A DNA stretch of 63,679 nt, counting the filler, from Lenisia limosa (taxonomy: Eukaryota > Protista > Breviatea), in NCBI GenBank assembly GCA_001655205.1. It is 11 parts of 11 records of this genome, joined end to end, with 100 filler letters (N's around TTAATTAATTAA, not from the genome) between each part and the next. Parts side by side here need not be neighbours in the genome. Positions count along the whole stretch, not along the records: positions 38,189 to 45,765 come from LPNZ01006383.1; positions 45,866 to 56,576 come from LPNZ01005415.1; positions 56,677 to 58,210 come from LPNZ01008005.1; positions 58,311 to 60,101 come from LPNZ01003590.1; positions 60,202 to 62,212 come from LPNZ01007663.1; 6 more parts are not named here. One strand, given 5' to 3'. A program made the translations under genes and the position numbers. This document shows positions 44,201 through 60,256 of the stretch, one piece after another (position 1 is the stretch's first letter; each line of letters opens with the position of its first letter). Under the pieces are notes generated by a model, which was not told the DNA's origin, ran no database searches, and was given only the letters and a program-made list of their open reading frames with translations.

Positions 44201-45715
44201 GAATCATGACTCAAGAATTACCTCATTGTATATCCATGATTCAAGAATTGTCTCGTTATTTGTTTTCAATTTACTCAATGTTTTTAACTTGTGATTTCAG
44301 GCAATCTCCTTAATTGTCATTGGTGCAGCTACGTGGTTTGTCTTCTTCAGGTAGTTTATGGGTTTTGCTTGGTTTCTTCTTGGTTTTCTGTTTCTTTTTG
44401 TTTTTTTGTATGTGGGTTATATTATTTCTTATGTGTATTGAAAAATGTACTCGAATGTTATGGTGACATGGTGGTAAGGTGGTAACCTTTCAATTGCATT
44501 AGCTAATAATTAGAACAGATTCACTATTGGCTAAAGAATATTTACGGATTCATTCTTTGGAACTGAAAGTGAATGTGAATCTGCTACTAATAGGGGGGGG
44601 GGGGGNNNNNNNNNNNNNNNNNNNNNNNNNNNNNNNNNNNNNNNNNNNNNNNNNNNNNNNNNNNNNNNNNNNNNNNNNNNNNNNNNNNNNNNNNNNNNNN
44701 NNNNNNNNNNNNNNNNNNNNNNNNNNNNNNNNNNNNNATGAGATGATATCACATTTTGGGTCATGTTCACGAGTACTTACTCATTTTTGCAGTGATGATG
44801 GATCCCTTCCAATTCTGTGTCTGACACCTTCTTGGGGAAATGGTGAATAAACAAAGAACTAAGGCAGAAAAAGATAGAGATGGTTTGAGAGAAGGGTTGA
44901 GATATGACAGAGAAGGGAACAAAGTTCACAAATTTCCTAATTGGTCATGTCAAGGTGAAAAATAAATAAAAATATGATAGAAATTTTGATATTTTTTGCG
45001 GGTACAAGATCTCTGTCATAGTAATTTTTAAAATTGAAACCACTCTCCTCTTCTCTTGAACTTCGTGAAAAAGAAACCGAAAAGAAGAAAAGAAACCAAC
45101 CTTTTTGTGAAAATTTTGTTTTTCATTTGAACGTGACGAAACGCAAAAAGCGATCAAGCAGCACGCCAACAGACCCCTCTTCTCTCTATTGGATCTGAAG
45201 CACTTCAATTAAGACAAAAAAGAAGCCAAAGCAGGCCAAAAGGGAGAAAAGAAGCCTGGCTTGTTGCCACTGTTGGAGGNNNNNNNNNNNNNNNNNNNNN
45301 NNNNNNNNNNNNNNNNNNNNNNNNNNNNNNNNNNNNNNNNNNNNNNNNNNNNNNNNNNNNNNNNNNNNNNNNNNNNNNNNNNNNNNNNNNNNNNNNNNNN
45401 NNNNNNNNNNNNNNNNNNNNNNNNNNNNNNNNNNNNNNNNNNNNNNNNNNNNNNNNNNNNNNNNNNNNNNNNNNNNNNNNNNNNNNNNNNNNNNNNNNNN
45501 NNNNNNNNNNNNNNNNNNNNNNNNNNNNNNNNNNNNNNNNNNNNNNNNNNNNNNNNNNNNNNNNNNNNNTTGTTTGGAATTTCAGATTATTTGTTTCGTG
45601 ATTAGTAGCGTTACGCCAATATTCTTCCAAGAAATTTCTTTGTTTTAACCCCCCCCCCTCCCAGATGGCAGCTAAGGCGCCAGCTCACCTCTACAAGGAA
45701 GCCTTGAAAGAGGGT
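38206..45715 (+). CDS. ADAM/reprolysin-type zinc metalloprotease with disintegrin, Cys-rich region and TM helix (5' partial)
   Basis: HE|VTHNLGCDH (38268-38273 + 38818-38844); KCGNGIVDDGEDC|DCGFAGCEAAGDKCCNESTCKLLAGKQC; QCFNGEC; DGMPCG; TM AISLIVIGAATWFVFF (~44300-44350). The cytoplasmic-tail exons are tentative. Confidence 0.85.
38292..38380. mobile_element. hAT-type MITE, family 1 (older copy), in the intron splitting the ADAM zinc motif
   Basis: TAGGGCTTCACTTCGG...GAAGCCCAA; flanks TGTACGAG/AGCACGAG (6/8). Confidence 0.7.
39721..39985. repeat. (GAT/GGT)n trinucleotide microsatellite in an ADAM intron
   Basis: Starts at the donor GTATGATGG after the GEDC exon. Confidence 0.95.
41877..41975. 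mobile_element. hAT-type MITE, family 1
   Basis: TAGGGCTTCACTTC...GAAGTGAAGCCCTA; TSD TCCTTTTC/TCTTTTTC (7/8). Confidence 0.85.
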
Positions 45716-45865
45716 GAGATCATTTTGATGGCTCAGGGAGGGGGGTAAATGATGTTATAAAAGGGNNNNNNNNNNNNNNNNNNNNNNNNNNNNNNNNNNN
45801 NNNNNNNNNTTAATTAATTAANNNNNNNNNNNNNNNNNNNNNNNNNNNNNNNNNNNNNNNNNNNN

Positions 45866-48793
<2,928 letters not shown>

Positions 48794-49039
48794 AGTCAAA
48801 GGCGAGATTATTCTCAGTTACGATTATGATGAGGCTATTAAAGGATCTAAGATTATCTTTTAAGCACACTATAGAAATATAAAGTTCTTAGTTTATTAGT
48901 TTAGCTTGTTCGTGAATCGGAAAAAATCCCCTCTGAGCCGTGGTCCAGGTCTTACTAAGTTGTAAGCCTCTTGCGGTTTCGCACCCCCCTCTTTTGTCCT
49001 TGTTTTACTAACATAATAAAGTTAATAGTAAAATAAGTG

Positions 49040-51118
49040 CAAGAAAGAGGATTGCCCTCAGGTCAAAGAAGAAAATAAAACAGTCACCTGGTTTGTCACA
49101 ATCGGCATTGTCCTTGTCCTTTGCTTAATTACTTAACTCATTTAATATTTAACCTGAAAACTGCCCAAAAAAGGTTAGCTTTGAGAATGGTTTGATTTAT
49201 GTGTTATGTTGATCTGAACGTCAAACTTTTGTTCTTTAACTCTGCTTCCTTTTCCAGGTTATTTATAAGACGCTTTGTTGATGTTTGTTTTGGCTAAAGA
49301 ATTTCTTATTTAATTGTAATTTTAGGTGACTTGAAGAGCAGACTTTATTTTGGCACTCAATTTGTTTAGGACCGAATTCCGCTCCTCCATTCAGGATACG
49401 TGGAAATTGCTCGACAGCACCCCTTTCCCATCAATTGTGAGCTCTCCCTTCATCCAATAACCACCTAGTAGGCAAGTGCAACATTCCCTCCCGAGTGCCA
49501 AAAGCAATTTCTGACAGACGGTGTTGAGGTGGGGTGGTACTGGTACTGGTACCTTGATTGGATACTATTGTATCTTATTCCTAATTGATTATTACGTTGA
49601 AGGTTATTGGACTATAGTATATCCATCGGCTATAATATATCCATCAGCAGTGGTTCCTCTCAAACAGTATGTTTTATTTGTATTTTCTCTCTAACTAAAA
49701 GAGCTCACATATATTGCACAACAACTGAAACTGATCCCTGAAGATCCTTCCAGTGGCCGTCATATCTTCTTCTTTCACTCCATGTCTTTCCTTTCAGACG
49801 CGTCCACGCTCATTGAATCGGTTGATAAGGAGTTTCGGAAAAAGGTAAACAGGGCACAACAACCAATGAATTTAGATTGTTTGCTTCTTTGGCAAAATGA
49901 CTGATAAGCCGGGCATGGTTGAGCGCATTCTCAACGAACCAGATTCGGTCAAGGTAATTACGGTTAACACGTGTGATCATCACTCTAGGGTTTTAACGAC
50001 AAGGTTTTCCGACGTTGTCCATATCTTTGGTCAACAGTGGGTACCACTGGAAAAGATTTTCCAGAATGCTGGAAGAGCAGGTTTGTCAAACAAGATTTAA
50101 CAACTCATTTTTTTATAATTTTTAGGTCGAAAACGGGGGAGCTAAAGGAAAAGCGTTCGTGGTTCTAGAATCTTTGAGCTCCAAGCAAAAGAAAAAGCTA
50201 TCAGAGGATCAAAAGAAACGAAGTGACTTATTTTCCATTATGATGGCTGACAAATCGGTGAGAGATTTCTTTAAAAAAGTGGTTTTGAACTGATTTTGTA
50301 GACCTTGTAGAGAAGTCTTCATTATGAAAGCAAGTTTAGGTTTGATGAACACATGAAAATTCTATTATTACTGTTTTTTTCTTACAGCTCTCTGTTGTGC
50401 TAGTGATTTGTTTAGGAATTGATGTTCCCCCCTGTGGACTATGCGACACATCCAAAAGAAATACTTGGAGTTGCCGAAAGCCCTAGAGAGAGTTGACTTC
50501 ACAACCGAGGCAGGGTCACTGCACAAGTTTGTGGTTTTGTTTGTTATAAAGTACAATATCACATTATTTATGTAGTTCGTATTGATATTTTTCTCTTCAC
50601 CTTTCTGAATGGCATTATAATTACCAAATTGAGCCATTGAGGGTTATTATGTTTCAGATCAAAGGTGTTACAGGCTAGATCGCCATTATGCTTGTTGCCA
50701 GCCAAAAAGAAAACCCCAAATGGACTGGTTGCGGCACTTGAAAAGCAATTGCTAATGTACTGTAAGGATCAGTTGAGAGTCCCTAACGAAGTGGTCTCAA
50801 AAGAGATGCTCTTCTCTATTGCCTGGTTTGTTGCGTTGTACTTTGTCTTTTATTTTCCTAAAATTTCTATCCCTTTGATTATCAGTGTGTTTCCAAGAGT
50901 AGTGATGACCTCAAGGAGTCTTACCTCTCAACCGGAGTTCCAGAACTGGATGAACAATTTACAGAAACTTTTAGTCGGTTCAATTCGTCTATGATAGTAA
51001 GCTAGGTTTGCTCCTTCTAAATGTATAGATTAATTCAATTACTGAGGAATCGTATGAGCTGAAGAAAGTTACAGTGCAGCTGAAACGGGAATACGGAGCC
51101 CTCCACGATTCACTTTAA
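49040..51118 (+). CDS. Multi-exon gene, unknown product
   Basis: Exons ASTLIESVDKEFRKK, MTDKPGMVERILNEPDSVK, WVPLEKIFQNAGRA, WTMRHIQKKYLELPKALERVDF, ...KVTVQLKREYGALHDSL* (TAA 51116-18). Start not fixed. Confidence 0.5.
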
Positions 51119-51299
51119 GAGAAAATGAATGTAATTAGAAGTAGGTCGTGTTGCTTGTTGAATATTTTTGAAGCTGAAAGTCTCAGAATTTTTTTGGTGC
51201 ATATATAGTAGTAGTGAAAGACATCGTGCTGTATATATGTATCTATAGGTATGATATTACATCAAAGATGAAATAAAATTTGATACTCACAGTTTTATT

Positions 51300-52250
51300 C
51301 GATAACCTCATCAGGAAAACGGCGACGTGAAAATACTGTCCTTGTGATGCTCGAGAGTTTGGACCATGATCTTGCCCATATACAAAAATTGATTTTGTTC
51401 AAAAAGACTAAATACATTAATCAGCGTTAACTTCATCATCATCTTCCATCAAGCTCGGATCTGAATTCTTCTAGGTGATTTTCCCATCCAAAAATGCCTC
51501 AAACAATTTGGACAAGTGTTATATGTCGGCCTTGTCGTATGAAAACGGACTACTTAGAGAACGTTTCCAGTCAACATCCATTTAACCAGGAAAGTTTGTG
51601 TGGTGTGGCTAGAACGAGGGTCTACATGTCATCATTAATTCCCTCAACAAACCATAAATGCCTGCACTTCGGAAAATTTCAGAAGCGGCTTCGAATATGG
51701 GAAGGCATATCATTGATGGGCACAGACTGTATGAATTTGGTATAGAGAGTGAGAAATCATACGTATACAGCGAATGGGCTGTTCCAATATGATTTATGCA
51801 CAACAGAATGGGTTATAATATGACTGCGTTGGCCAGATGAAGCAATATTCAATATGTCTTTTGCAAAGTGTACTCTCAATATGGGATGGCATGGAGCATT
51901 GAAGCTTTGAAGGTACCGACGTTATGACATCTTTACCGCCGGCAATGAATCTGAAGCTAATAGGAGATTTATGCTGTTTAGGAAGAGCGTAGAGGTAGGG
52001 AAGGGAACCGTCAGTTACCCCACTTTTCTCCATTATTGCGTAAATTGCGTTCAAGGTTTACACGCGGCTCAGCTGTAAGAGTGTATGATTGACTACGGTG
52101 AAGTTCATTCCAAAGTAAACCATTAAAGACGATACGACTCTGCTGGTAATCATACTCGTTAGAACGGTTTTATACCCTTATTATCACGGAATACTTTGAA
52201 GAATTAGAGACAGGAAAAATTCGTAAAAACAATTGATGACACGTTGTCAC
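51300..52250 (-). pseudogene. Decayed Penelope-like retroelement reverse transcriptase
   Basis: LPYLYALPKQHKSPISFRFIAG (PLE motif P..Y.LPK.HK....RPI); TYDF(S)TLYTK restored by one frameshift; several stops and frameshifts; no introns. Confidence 0.75.
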
Positions 52251-52433
52251 CTGAGATCAAACCACACCTATGTCGCCACCTGGGGGGTTTTTACAATGAC
52301 CGTCACCAAGCTCGGATTGGTGACTGTTAATATGTTTTGTGAGTGTGCGCAAGGTGCGGTTTTCATCGAAAGCTCAGCTGGTTTAGATTAAAGAAGATAC
52401 TGTAGCATACGTTAATTGTTTATAATGAGCTCG

Positions 52434-55400
52434 CTGCAGTCAGCAGGGCAAAAGGCCCCAACTGCCCAACATGAAGCTCAGATCTTGAAACAGTACAGGG
52501 AAAAGTTTCCAGAGACACTATCATTTGCTGAAAGTGGAAATGCGACCCTGAACCAGCGCCTCACCGAGTTTGAACTGGAGAAAGTTCTCATGCAAACCCA
52601 TTCGCTGAAAGTAAGAAACACTCGCCTTCCCTCATTTTCTTAAATAAATAGGTAACTAAAACTGGTCGTTCTCTTGGTAATAGAGCCGGAGTTCTCTCTA
52701 AGACTGGGGAATTTGCCATCAAGTCCGGCCCAAGTATTCTCTCAAACCTCCCCGACATCCCATCCCTTGAAGATTGTCGACAAGAACGGCAGGATGTCAT
52801 TAAGGAGATAACGAACGTGGTGGCTCCTCAGCCTCTTGTTGTTGAAGCCTCTGTGTACAAGGATAATGTGGGCTGGTCTCTGGTTGCAGTTGAATTACCT
52901 CCTCTTGTTTTGACAGTGAGTTTTTTGTCACGGTGAGGGAAACAGGTAGATAGCAACGCATTGTGATCGTAGGATTAGTTTCTGATACAGCAGCAGGAAC
53001 ATACCGTATTTACATCATTATACTTGAGTCATTCTTCAGGCTCTAATTAAATAGGGGAATATACAAAAAGTATGTTCTTCTTGTTGTCATATTGGATATT
53101 TCTTCATGTATATAATCATATGTATGTATTGATGTATGCATTATATATTTTGACTTAGTATATATAATATAGTATAATAAAAAGTATAGATTATATACTG
53201 ACCTTTCATATATATTTTTTTTTTTTTTGATTTTAACCCGTCCCTTATTGATATTGAAAGCAAGTGTCCAAACCAGTTTATTACATACTCTTAACAGATC
53301 GCCATATTCAAAATCTGCACCCCTAATCGAATAATCCTTATACACTGGGGAATCATTCTGATTTGTTGGCCTGGTTTTATACCACTTATTATTAAAGGTC
53401 GCGGCAGCAGCGGAGTCAAAGTGGACCACCTCTGACAGTGACAATCGAATAATGGCCTATTATCGTAACAACAGCCGCGAGTGTCGCCTGGAGGCTCTAA
53501 AAATCAAGGGACGCTGGAGCGCCTTGAGTAGTTGGGGTTGTTAATTAAGTTTACTTTACATTCTCTTTTGGGTGAAATTAAATATTCTTTTTCTCCGTTC
53601 TATTTTTAGAGGTATTTATCTACACATATCGATACGCTGCTCTCATGCCACATCCAGACCAGTCTCAGGTTGAAATGGACCGCTATACGTCATCTTTTGT
53701 TGCCAGAATCAGAGAGTTGTCGGAAACAGCGAGCCATTCGATTCGATCCGCTCGAGGACTGGAAAAATCAAGAGGAAAAGAGGTTGGCAAAAAGGCCTTT
53801 CATTTTGGTTGCATTTAAGGCTTCACTTAGGTTCGAAAAAAGTAAATCATCGAGAATATTCGAGGAAATTGAATCTTTTCGAACCAAAGTAAAGTCGTAG
53901 TTGTATTTCTGTAGTTCAGATGAGATGGTATACTATTACTAGTTGAGCTATCACACAATTGTTTTAAACCCCCTTAAAGTTTAAAAGGAACAATCTTGTT
54001 TACTTCCCTCTAGATTGAAGATTTACGGAAAGAAAATGACAGTTTGAGCGAAAGTAGTACTATTATGAACATGAGGTNNNNNNNNNNNNNNNNNNNNNNN
54101 NNNNNNNNNNNNNNNNNNNNNNNNNNNNNNNNNNNNNNNNNNNNNNNNNNNNNNNNNNNNNNNNNNNNNNNNNNNNNNNNNNNNNNNNNNNNNNNNNNTT
54201 CAAATAAAGACAATTATTGGTGAACTGTTGAGTGTTTTTTGGCATTACACGGGCGGGATACTCCTTTGACTCCACGTGACTAAATCTTAGATGGACGATG
54301 TCACGTTTGGAGATCACCAAAAGAGCCCGTAGATTCATGTTGAGACTGCAGGTGCGTGTTATATGAATGGCCTTTTTTTTTGACAAAGTTACCCTTTGGT
54401 TTTCAAATAGTGAAGTCATTTTGTAGATTCTTTTCAGAGCTGTTGCTTTTCTTCTCTTTACCATTAATTAATTTCAGTGGCTGCCATATACCCATCGATT
54501 TGACCTTTGGAGGCGCAGTTTGTCTCTGATCGTTTGCGGGTTCTGTTTTTCAAATTTCTAGCTTTTCCTCTAAATTGGGATTATGATCATGATGGTGGTG
54601 ATGTAATGATGGTGGTGAATATTAACGATATCCACATCTCATGATACAGTGAAATTACCAAGATATGAAAAATACCGTTTTTGTAATATATATTTCTTTG
54701 TCCTTTTTTTTTCTCGTATCTATTCCCCACCCTCTGGATATGGTAGCATACGAATGGGTGGTAGTAAATAATCTCTCTGATGGTTTTTCTTGAAAATACT
54801 TACATCCCGTGAAAATACACGCATTTCCACCTAAAATACCGTTTGATATTTTTTTAGAATTCTGAAGATGAAGTAGACCAAATGTAAGCCGGGTACCTTT
54901 GACACTGATGGCTATCGTCGGCATGTGTTTTCGTTTTTTTCATGTCATTTTTGCTTTTTTGGTTATACTCAAATGATTAAAATGATTATAATTATTTACA
55001 TGTACATACTTATTTATGATATTCAAGACTTTCAAGGTTTACAAAGAAGTGCTAGTGTGTAACCTTCTCTACAGGCCACCAACAGCAGCGATTCACATCG
55101 ATGAAGTTGACGACCTGTTAGACGGACTGCGTACACATTTCAGCATTGCTACGAGTGTTAGTGATGAAGAGGGCCTTGAGTTCGCCTTTTATGTCACTCG
55201 GAAGTTTAGGTATGCTCCGGTCACAACCACTTGCTCTTAGACTGATAATATTTTATAATTAGTATTATACTTTAACCAAAGCGTGATGGTGTGGACGGCG
55301 ATTGATCAGTGCAGATCTGTATTTCTTGCCCAGGCCAGTGATAATCTGCTCCCTCCTTATGACAGTCTACCTCCCGATTTTCCGGGTGAGCGGGGTTGGT

Positions 55401-56535
55401 CCCATTAGTGGCTGGGGGTGGGGATGGGTGGATAGTTTTTTATAGGTTTTCCAGAACCCTGGGTAGGGGAGGGGGTTTTCTCTGGGTTTTCTATCTAGTT
55501 CCCCTGGTACAGCCTTGTTTATTGTTAAAATAGTTGTCATATCATATTTCTGAAATTTTTCTAAAATAATCCTTCAGGGCCGGCAATGGCAGTGCCACGT
55601 CATCGTCAAAGTCATGATCCCCTGTTCCTTGATGTTATTCATGCCAATGAGGCCAAGGAGGTGCGATGGGAATCTTGAGAGAAAATTGTATCATATATAT
55701 TGCAATGAGAAATAAATAATAGTGTTGTACCTGGCCGATATGTGGACATAATGGTGAAGGGCTTTACTTCGGTTAAGTCTTGACCGTTTTGCTGTGTGAT
55801 TTCCCAAGGAAAATTGGTAAAGACTTAACCTGAATACTGTAAATCTTATTTAGTCATTAACCAAACAGATGACAAACCAGCGTTTCCAGCGCCCCTCNNN
55901 NNNNNNNNNNNNNNNNNNNNNNNNNNNNNNNNNNNNNNNNNNNNNNNNNNNNNNNNNNNNNNNNNNNNNNNNNNNNNNNNNNNNNNNNNNNNNNNNNNNN
56001 NNNNNNNNNNNNNNNNNNNNNNNNNNNNNNNNNNNNNNNNNNNNNNNNNNNNNNNNNNNNNNNNNNNNNNNNNNNCAGATGCAACCTTGTTTTATTTCTC
56101 ATGTCTAGTATTCACTGTACATGTATATCATGTACTATATGTGTGTCCACAATATACATGATATACAGATACAACTTTGTTTTATTTTCCATCTCTACAT
56201 TTATTATTGCATTGAGGTTGTTTACTGGACAGCTACATCGGTTAAAAGAACAGTGAATTCTCCAAAATCCGTACCAGAGTGAAGCCTTTTTGGCAGCAAC
56301 AGGGCTTCACTTTCGGTTCCATAAAAGATGAAATTCCCTACACATCATGAACATCGATATTTTTACGTTTTTGGAACCGAAAGTTCTACGCAGCTAGCTG
56401 ACCTTCGCAGAAGACCGAAAATTGGAACTTGACAAAGCTTCGTGCTGGGTAAAGAAAGCGACTTGGCTTGACGACCTTGGCTACCACCCTAAAGTTGACA
56501 CTACCGCCGACGGACAAACTGCCGTGTTGATGAGA
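52434..56535 (+). CDS. Multi-exon gene of unknown product (may be more than one gene; 3' partial)
   Basis: Exons MSSLQSAGQKAPTAQHEAQILKQYREKF..., DWEFAIKSGPSILSNLP, DNRIMAYYRNNSRECRLEALKIKGRW, AAIHIDEVDDLLDGLRTHF, LDDLGYHPKVDTTADGQTAVLMR. Confidence 0.45.
53816..53899. mobile_element. hAT-type MITE, family 1 (degenerate TIRs)
   Basis: TAAGGCTTCACTT...AAGTAAAGTCGTA; TSD GTTGCATT/GTTGTATT (7/8). Confidence 0.75.
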
Positions 56536-56810
56536 GTTGGGGGGCATCATATTCTTTCACTCCAATTTTACTCTCCNNNNNNNNNNNNNNNNNNNNNNNN
56601 NNNNNNNNNNNNNNNNNNNNTTAATTAATTAANNNNNNNNNNNNNNNNNNNNNNNNNNNNNNNNNNNNNNNNNNNNAGCTTTGTTTGTTTTGTTGTTGTC
56701 AACCCTCGTGTGTTGTCAGCCAACAGAGTTGATTTTGATATTTTTTTTGTAATATAAATTTTCCAATTAAGGGCTTTTTTTGTTTATCAATTGCCTGTAT
56801 TTACCCACCC

Positions 56811-58210
56811 AGAAGAAGACAACCTAGCCAAGTCCATACCGGTCTCCTCCATTGTCGATGACGACGACTACAAACCTCCACCTTCAAGGGTATGGGGAGC
56901 TTTCTTTCTTTGGGGAGTTTTCCTTCTTTGGGGAGTTTTCCTTCTTTGGGGCGGGATTGCCTTATGTCACTACTACACCTTCANNNNNNNNNNNNNNNNN
57001 NNNNNNNNNNNNNNNNNNNNNNNNNNNNNNNNNNNNNNNNNNNNNNNNNNNNNNNNNNNNNNNNNNNNNNNNNNNNNNNNNNNNNNNNNNNNNNNNNNNN
57101 NNNNNNNNNNNNNNNNNNNNNNNNNNNNNNNNNNNNNNNNNNNNNNNNNNNNNNNNNNNNNNNGAAAAAGACTCGTTAAAATATCGATATTCATCGAATT
57201 TTCCGAGAAATTCAGTCTTTTTTTGGGACCGTAGGGGAAGCTCTAGGTACAATGTATGCAAGAGTGAGGGGGGTAACTTATTTCAAGACTACACCTTCAA
57301 GAGTAAGAGTTGGGTTTCTTATTTTTGTGGCGGAATTGCTTTATGTCATTACACCTCTTCCTTCAAGAGTGTAGTTTATAATGGTTTTTATTTTTTCATT
57401 GGGTGATTTGGTATTANNNNNNNNNNNNNNNNNNNNNNNNNNNNNNNNNNNNNNNNNNNNNNNNNNNNNNNNNNNNNNNNNNNNNNNNNNNNNNNNNNNN
57501 NNNNNNNNNNNNNNNNNNNNNNNNNNNNNNNNNNNNNNNNNNNNNNNNNNNNNNNNNNNNNNNNNNNNNNNNNNNNNNNNNNNNNNNNNNNNNNNNNNNN
57601 NNNNNNNNNNNNNNNNNNNNNNNNNNNNNNNNNNNNNNNNNNNNNNNNNTCAAGATAAACATCAAATCTTCTGTGGGGGAGTTGTGGGTAATATCTGGGG
57701 CTTCACTTCGGTTTTTAGATTTATCAACAAATTCAGTCTTTTTTCGAAACAAAATCCCTAGGAATATCCCATTTCATATTGACAAACTGTAAATTGGAAA
57801 ATTTTAAAATAGCCAATAAGCAACTCAACTCTGTTAGAATTGAGTGAAAATTGGTAATTAACTTTCAAAAGCAATACTCGCCCCCTTTTCTGATAACAGC
57901 CCCTTTCCACATTTTTTGTGATATTTTTCGTGTTTGTCTTACTTTTATTAATTGATACTTTTGCATTCCTGTCCACTAAACTCCAGAAATGATGCACTTT
58001 TTTCCCTCAATTATTGCTTTCTTTTTTTGAACAAAAGAAAAAATAAATACATTAAAAATCTGGGAAACAAATAAATACAGAGGGATACCATCAACAAATT
58101 ACCATACCTTTTTACTCTTAAGATTGGTAAACTCTCGCCAAACGATAAAAACGAAATCGCGACAGCAATCAAGGAGATAGCCCCCCTCGAGCTCTTCAGA
58201 GACCTTCAGG
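56811..58210 (+). CDS. Gene fragment, unknown product
   Basis: Exons EEDNLAKSIPVSSIVDDDDYKPPPSR and PNDKNEIATAIKEIAPLELFRDLQ. Confidence 0.35.
57696..57760. mobile_element. hAT-type MITE, family 1 (internally deleted, 65 bp)
   Basis: TGGGGCTTCACTTCGG...TCCCTA; TSD GTAATATC/GGAATATC (7/8). Confidence 0.7.
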
Positions 58211-58439
58211 NNNNNNNNNNNNNNNNNNNNNNNNNNNNNNNNNNNNNNNNNNNNTTAATTAATTAANNNNNNNNNNNNNNNNNNNNNNNNNNNNNNNNNN
58301 NNNNNNNNNNTCGAACTATTAGAAGCATAAAACATCATTTAAGGGGATAAGAAGGGTGCGGGATATGGGGTGACACGTCATCGGAATGTCATTAGGTATC
58401 ACATATTTTGATTCATTGTTCCCCATTTGTTTTAAAGGA

Positions 58440-59915
58440 TAGTCATATTTTGCTCACAGAGAAGAAAATGGCAGCCTTTTGCACAAATGGCAAAAAGGAA
58501 TGTTCAATTTCTCATCTAAAATCGACACAGAAAAACGTGCAAAAACACTTCAATTCATTCTAAATCCTCATTGATGATACCCAAAGGACAGGTCTTCAGC
58601 GTGATCGATCAGTTGAGGAGGAAGCTGAGAGCAACTAAACTCCTGAAATCATGATTAACTGCTTATATTTTGTTTATAGTGCAAAGCATTGCAGAGAACA
58701 ATAAAGAAGAGAAGAGGAAAGGAGGAACCCAGCAACTTTTAGAATACCCTCCCCAATCTTGCGAGGTAAATATTTCAAAAATGTTCCATATCCTCATTAA
58801 TCAGGCCTGGATTGACCACATTGCGGAAATGGACCGCGAGCTGAAGCAGCAGCCCCGGTTCCCCATCTGGTTTGTGAGACTGCTTTCGGTGAGCGTTGCT
58901 ATGGCGGACAACAAGGTAATTGGCTTGGGAATTTACACCCGTAAGAAGCCCTCTGGTATGATTGCAACTGAAATAACATGAAAACACTGAGAAATATGTA
59001 TTTAGCTCCTTTTATCTATTATTGATGTACCTCAAAGGAAAGTCCCACGACCTGCGCCACAGCTTTGTCACACTCAGCGACCTCTCTGCCAAGGGCCTTG
59101 ATCCTGTCGGGACTGCCAACCTCCTCAAGGACCTGTGTCTCAGACGCTTCCTGGTCGAACTAATTATGGGTTATTTGTTCTTTTTTGTTTTTCTGAAAAG
59201 GTCAAATATATTTAAACAGAAAACTTGACAATCACAATATCATTTCAACAATGTCTATTTCTGCTTTTACCCAGCTTCATGACAGTGACTCTGGTGCTTT
59301 TGCGCTGGTTGGCACCATCATGCGGATTTTGAAGGCTGACGGGGGCATCTCCCCTGACTTCGAGCTCTCCGAGATGCTTTGCTGTCTTCATGTTCTCCGT
59401 TCACTTCGAAAAGGGATCTTACGTCAAGAAGGCTGGTTGGGTGGGGTATTTTCATTTATTATTGTTGACATAGAGCCTTTTTTTTTGGGGGGGGGGGGGG
59501 GNNNNNNNNNNNNNNNNNNNNNNNNNNNNNNNNNNNNNNNNNNNNNNNNNNNNNNNNNNNNNNNNNNNNNNNNNNNNNNNNNNNNNNNNNNNNNNNNNNN
59601 NNNNNNNNAATATTATTGACTGATTTGTAGGCAAACGCATTGCCAACTATTGTCACTCATGTCATCCAGGCTTGCCAGGCTTGAAAATGCATGCATGTGT
59701 ATTGTTTTTGTTTTGATTGTAGAAAGTAATATTTGTACAGTTGGGTGTACTCATTGAATAGGGGGACGTCATCAAGCTCACTGAGATGATCGCCGACATC
59801 CCACACACAATCTCCACGCGAGCGTACTTTGTGCAAGGACCATGGCTGTTCTACCAACACTGAACAGTCACCATCTCCGAGGAGGAGTTTGAAATACTGA
59901 ACGACGTATTGCAGG
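58440..59915 (+). CDS. Gene fragment, unknown helical protein
   Basis: Exons AWIDHIAEMDRELKQQPRFPIWFVRLLSVSVAMADNK, YLKGKSHDLRHSFVTLSDL..., LHDSDSGAFALVGTIMRILKADG, GDVIKLTEMIADIPHT. Confidence 0.45.
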
Positions 59916-60256
59916 TTAGACATTTCACACCGTCCATATATCTGTGAATTTTCCTCTATCTGTGAATTTGTTTGAAATATGCGAAAATTTTTGCTAAAAA
60001 TATGGCAAAAATTAAGAAAATTGTCGTAACACTCTTGTTGCTAACAAAAATGACAATAACTTTAATTTGTTGATGACAACATTTTTATTTTGGCGAGATT
60101 GNNNNNNNNNNNNNNNNNNNNNNNNNNNNNNNNNNNNNNNNNNNNTTAATTAATTAANNNNNNNNNNNNNNNNNNNNNNNNNNNNNNNNNNNNNNNNNNN
60201 NCTCTTGTGTTTCTTAAGCTTCCATCCCCCCCCCCCTCCTATCCTGACCTCTTCAG

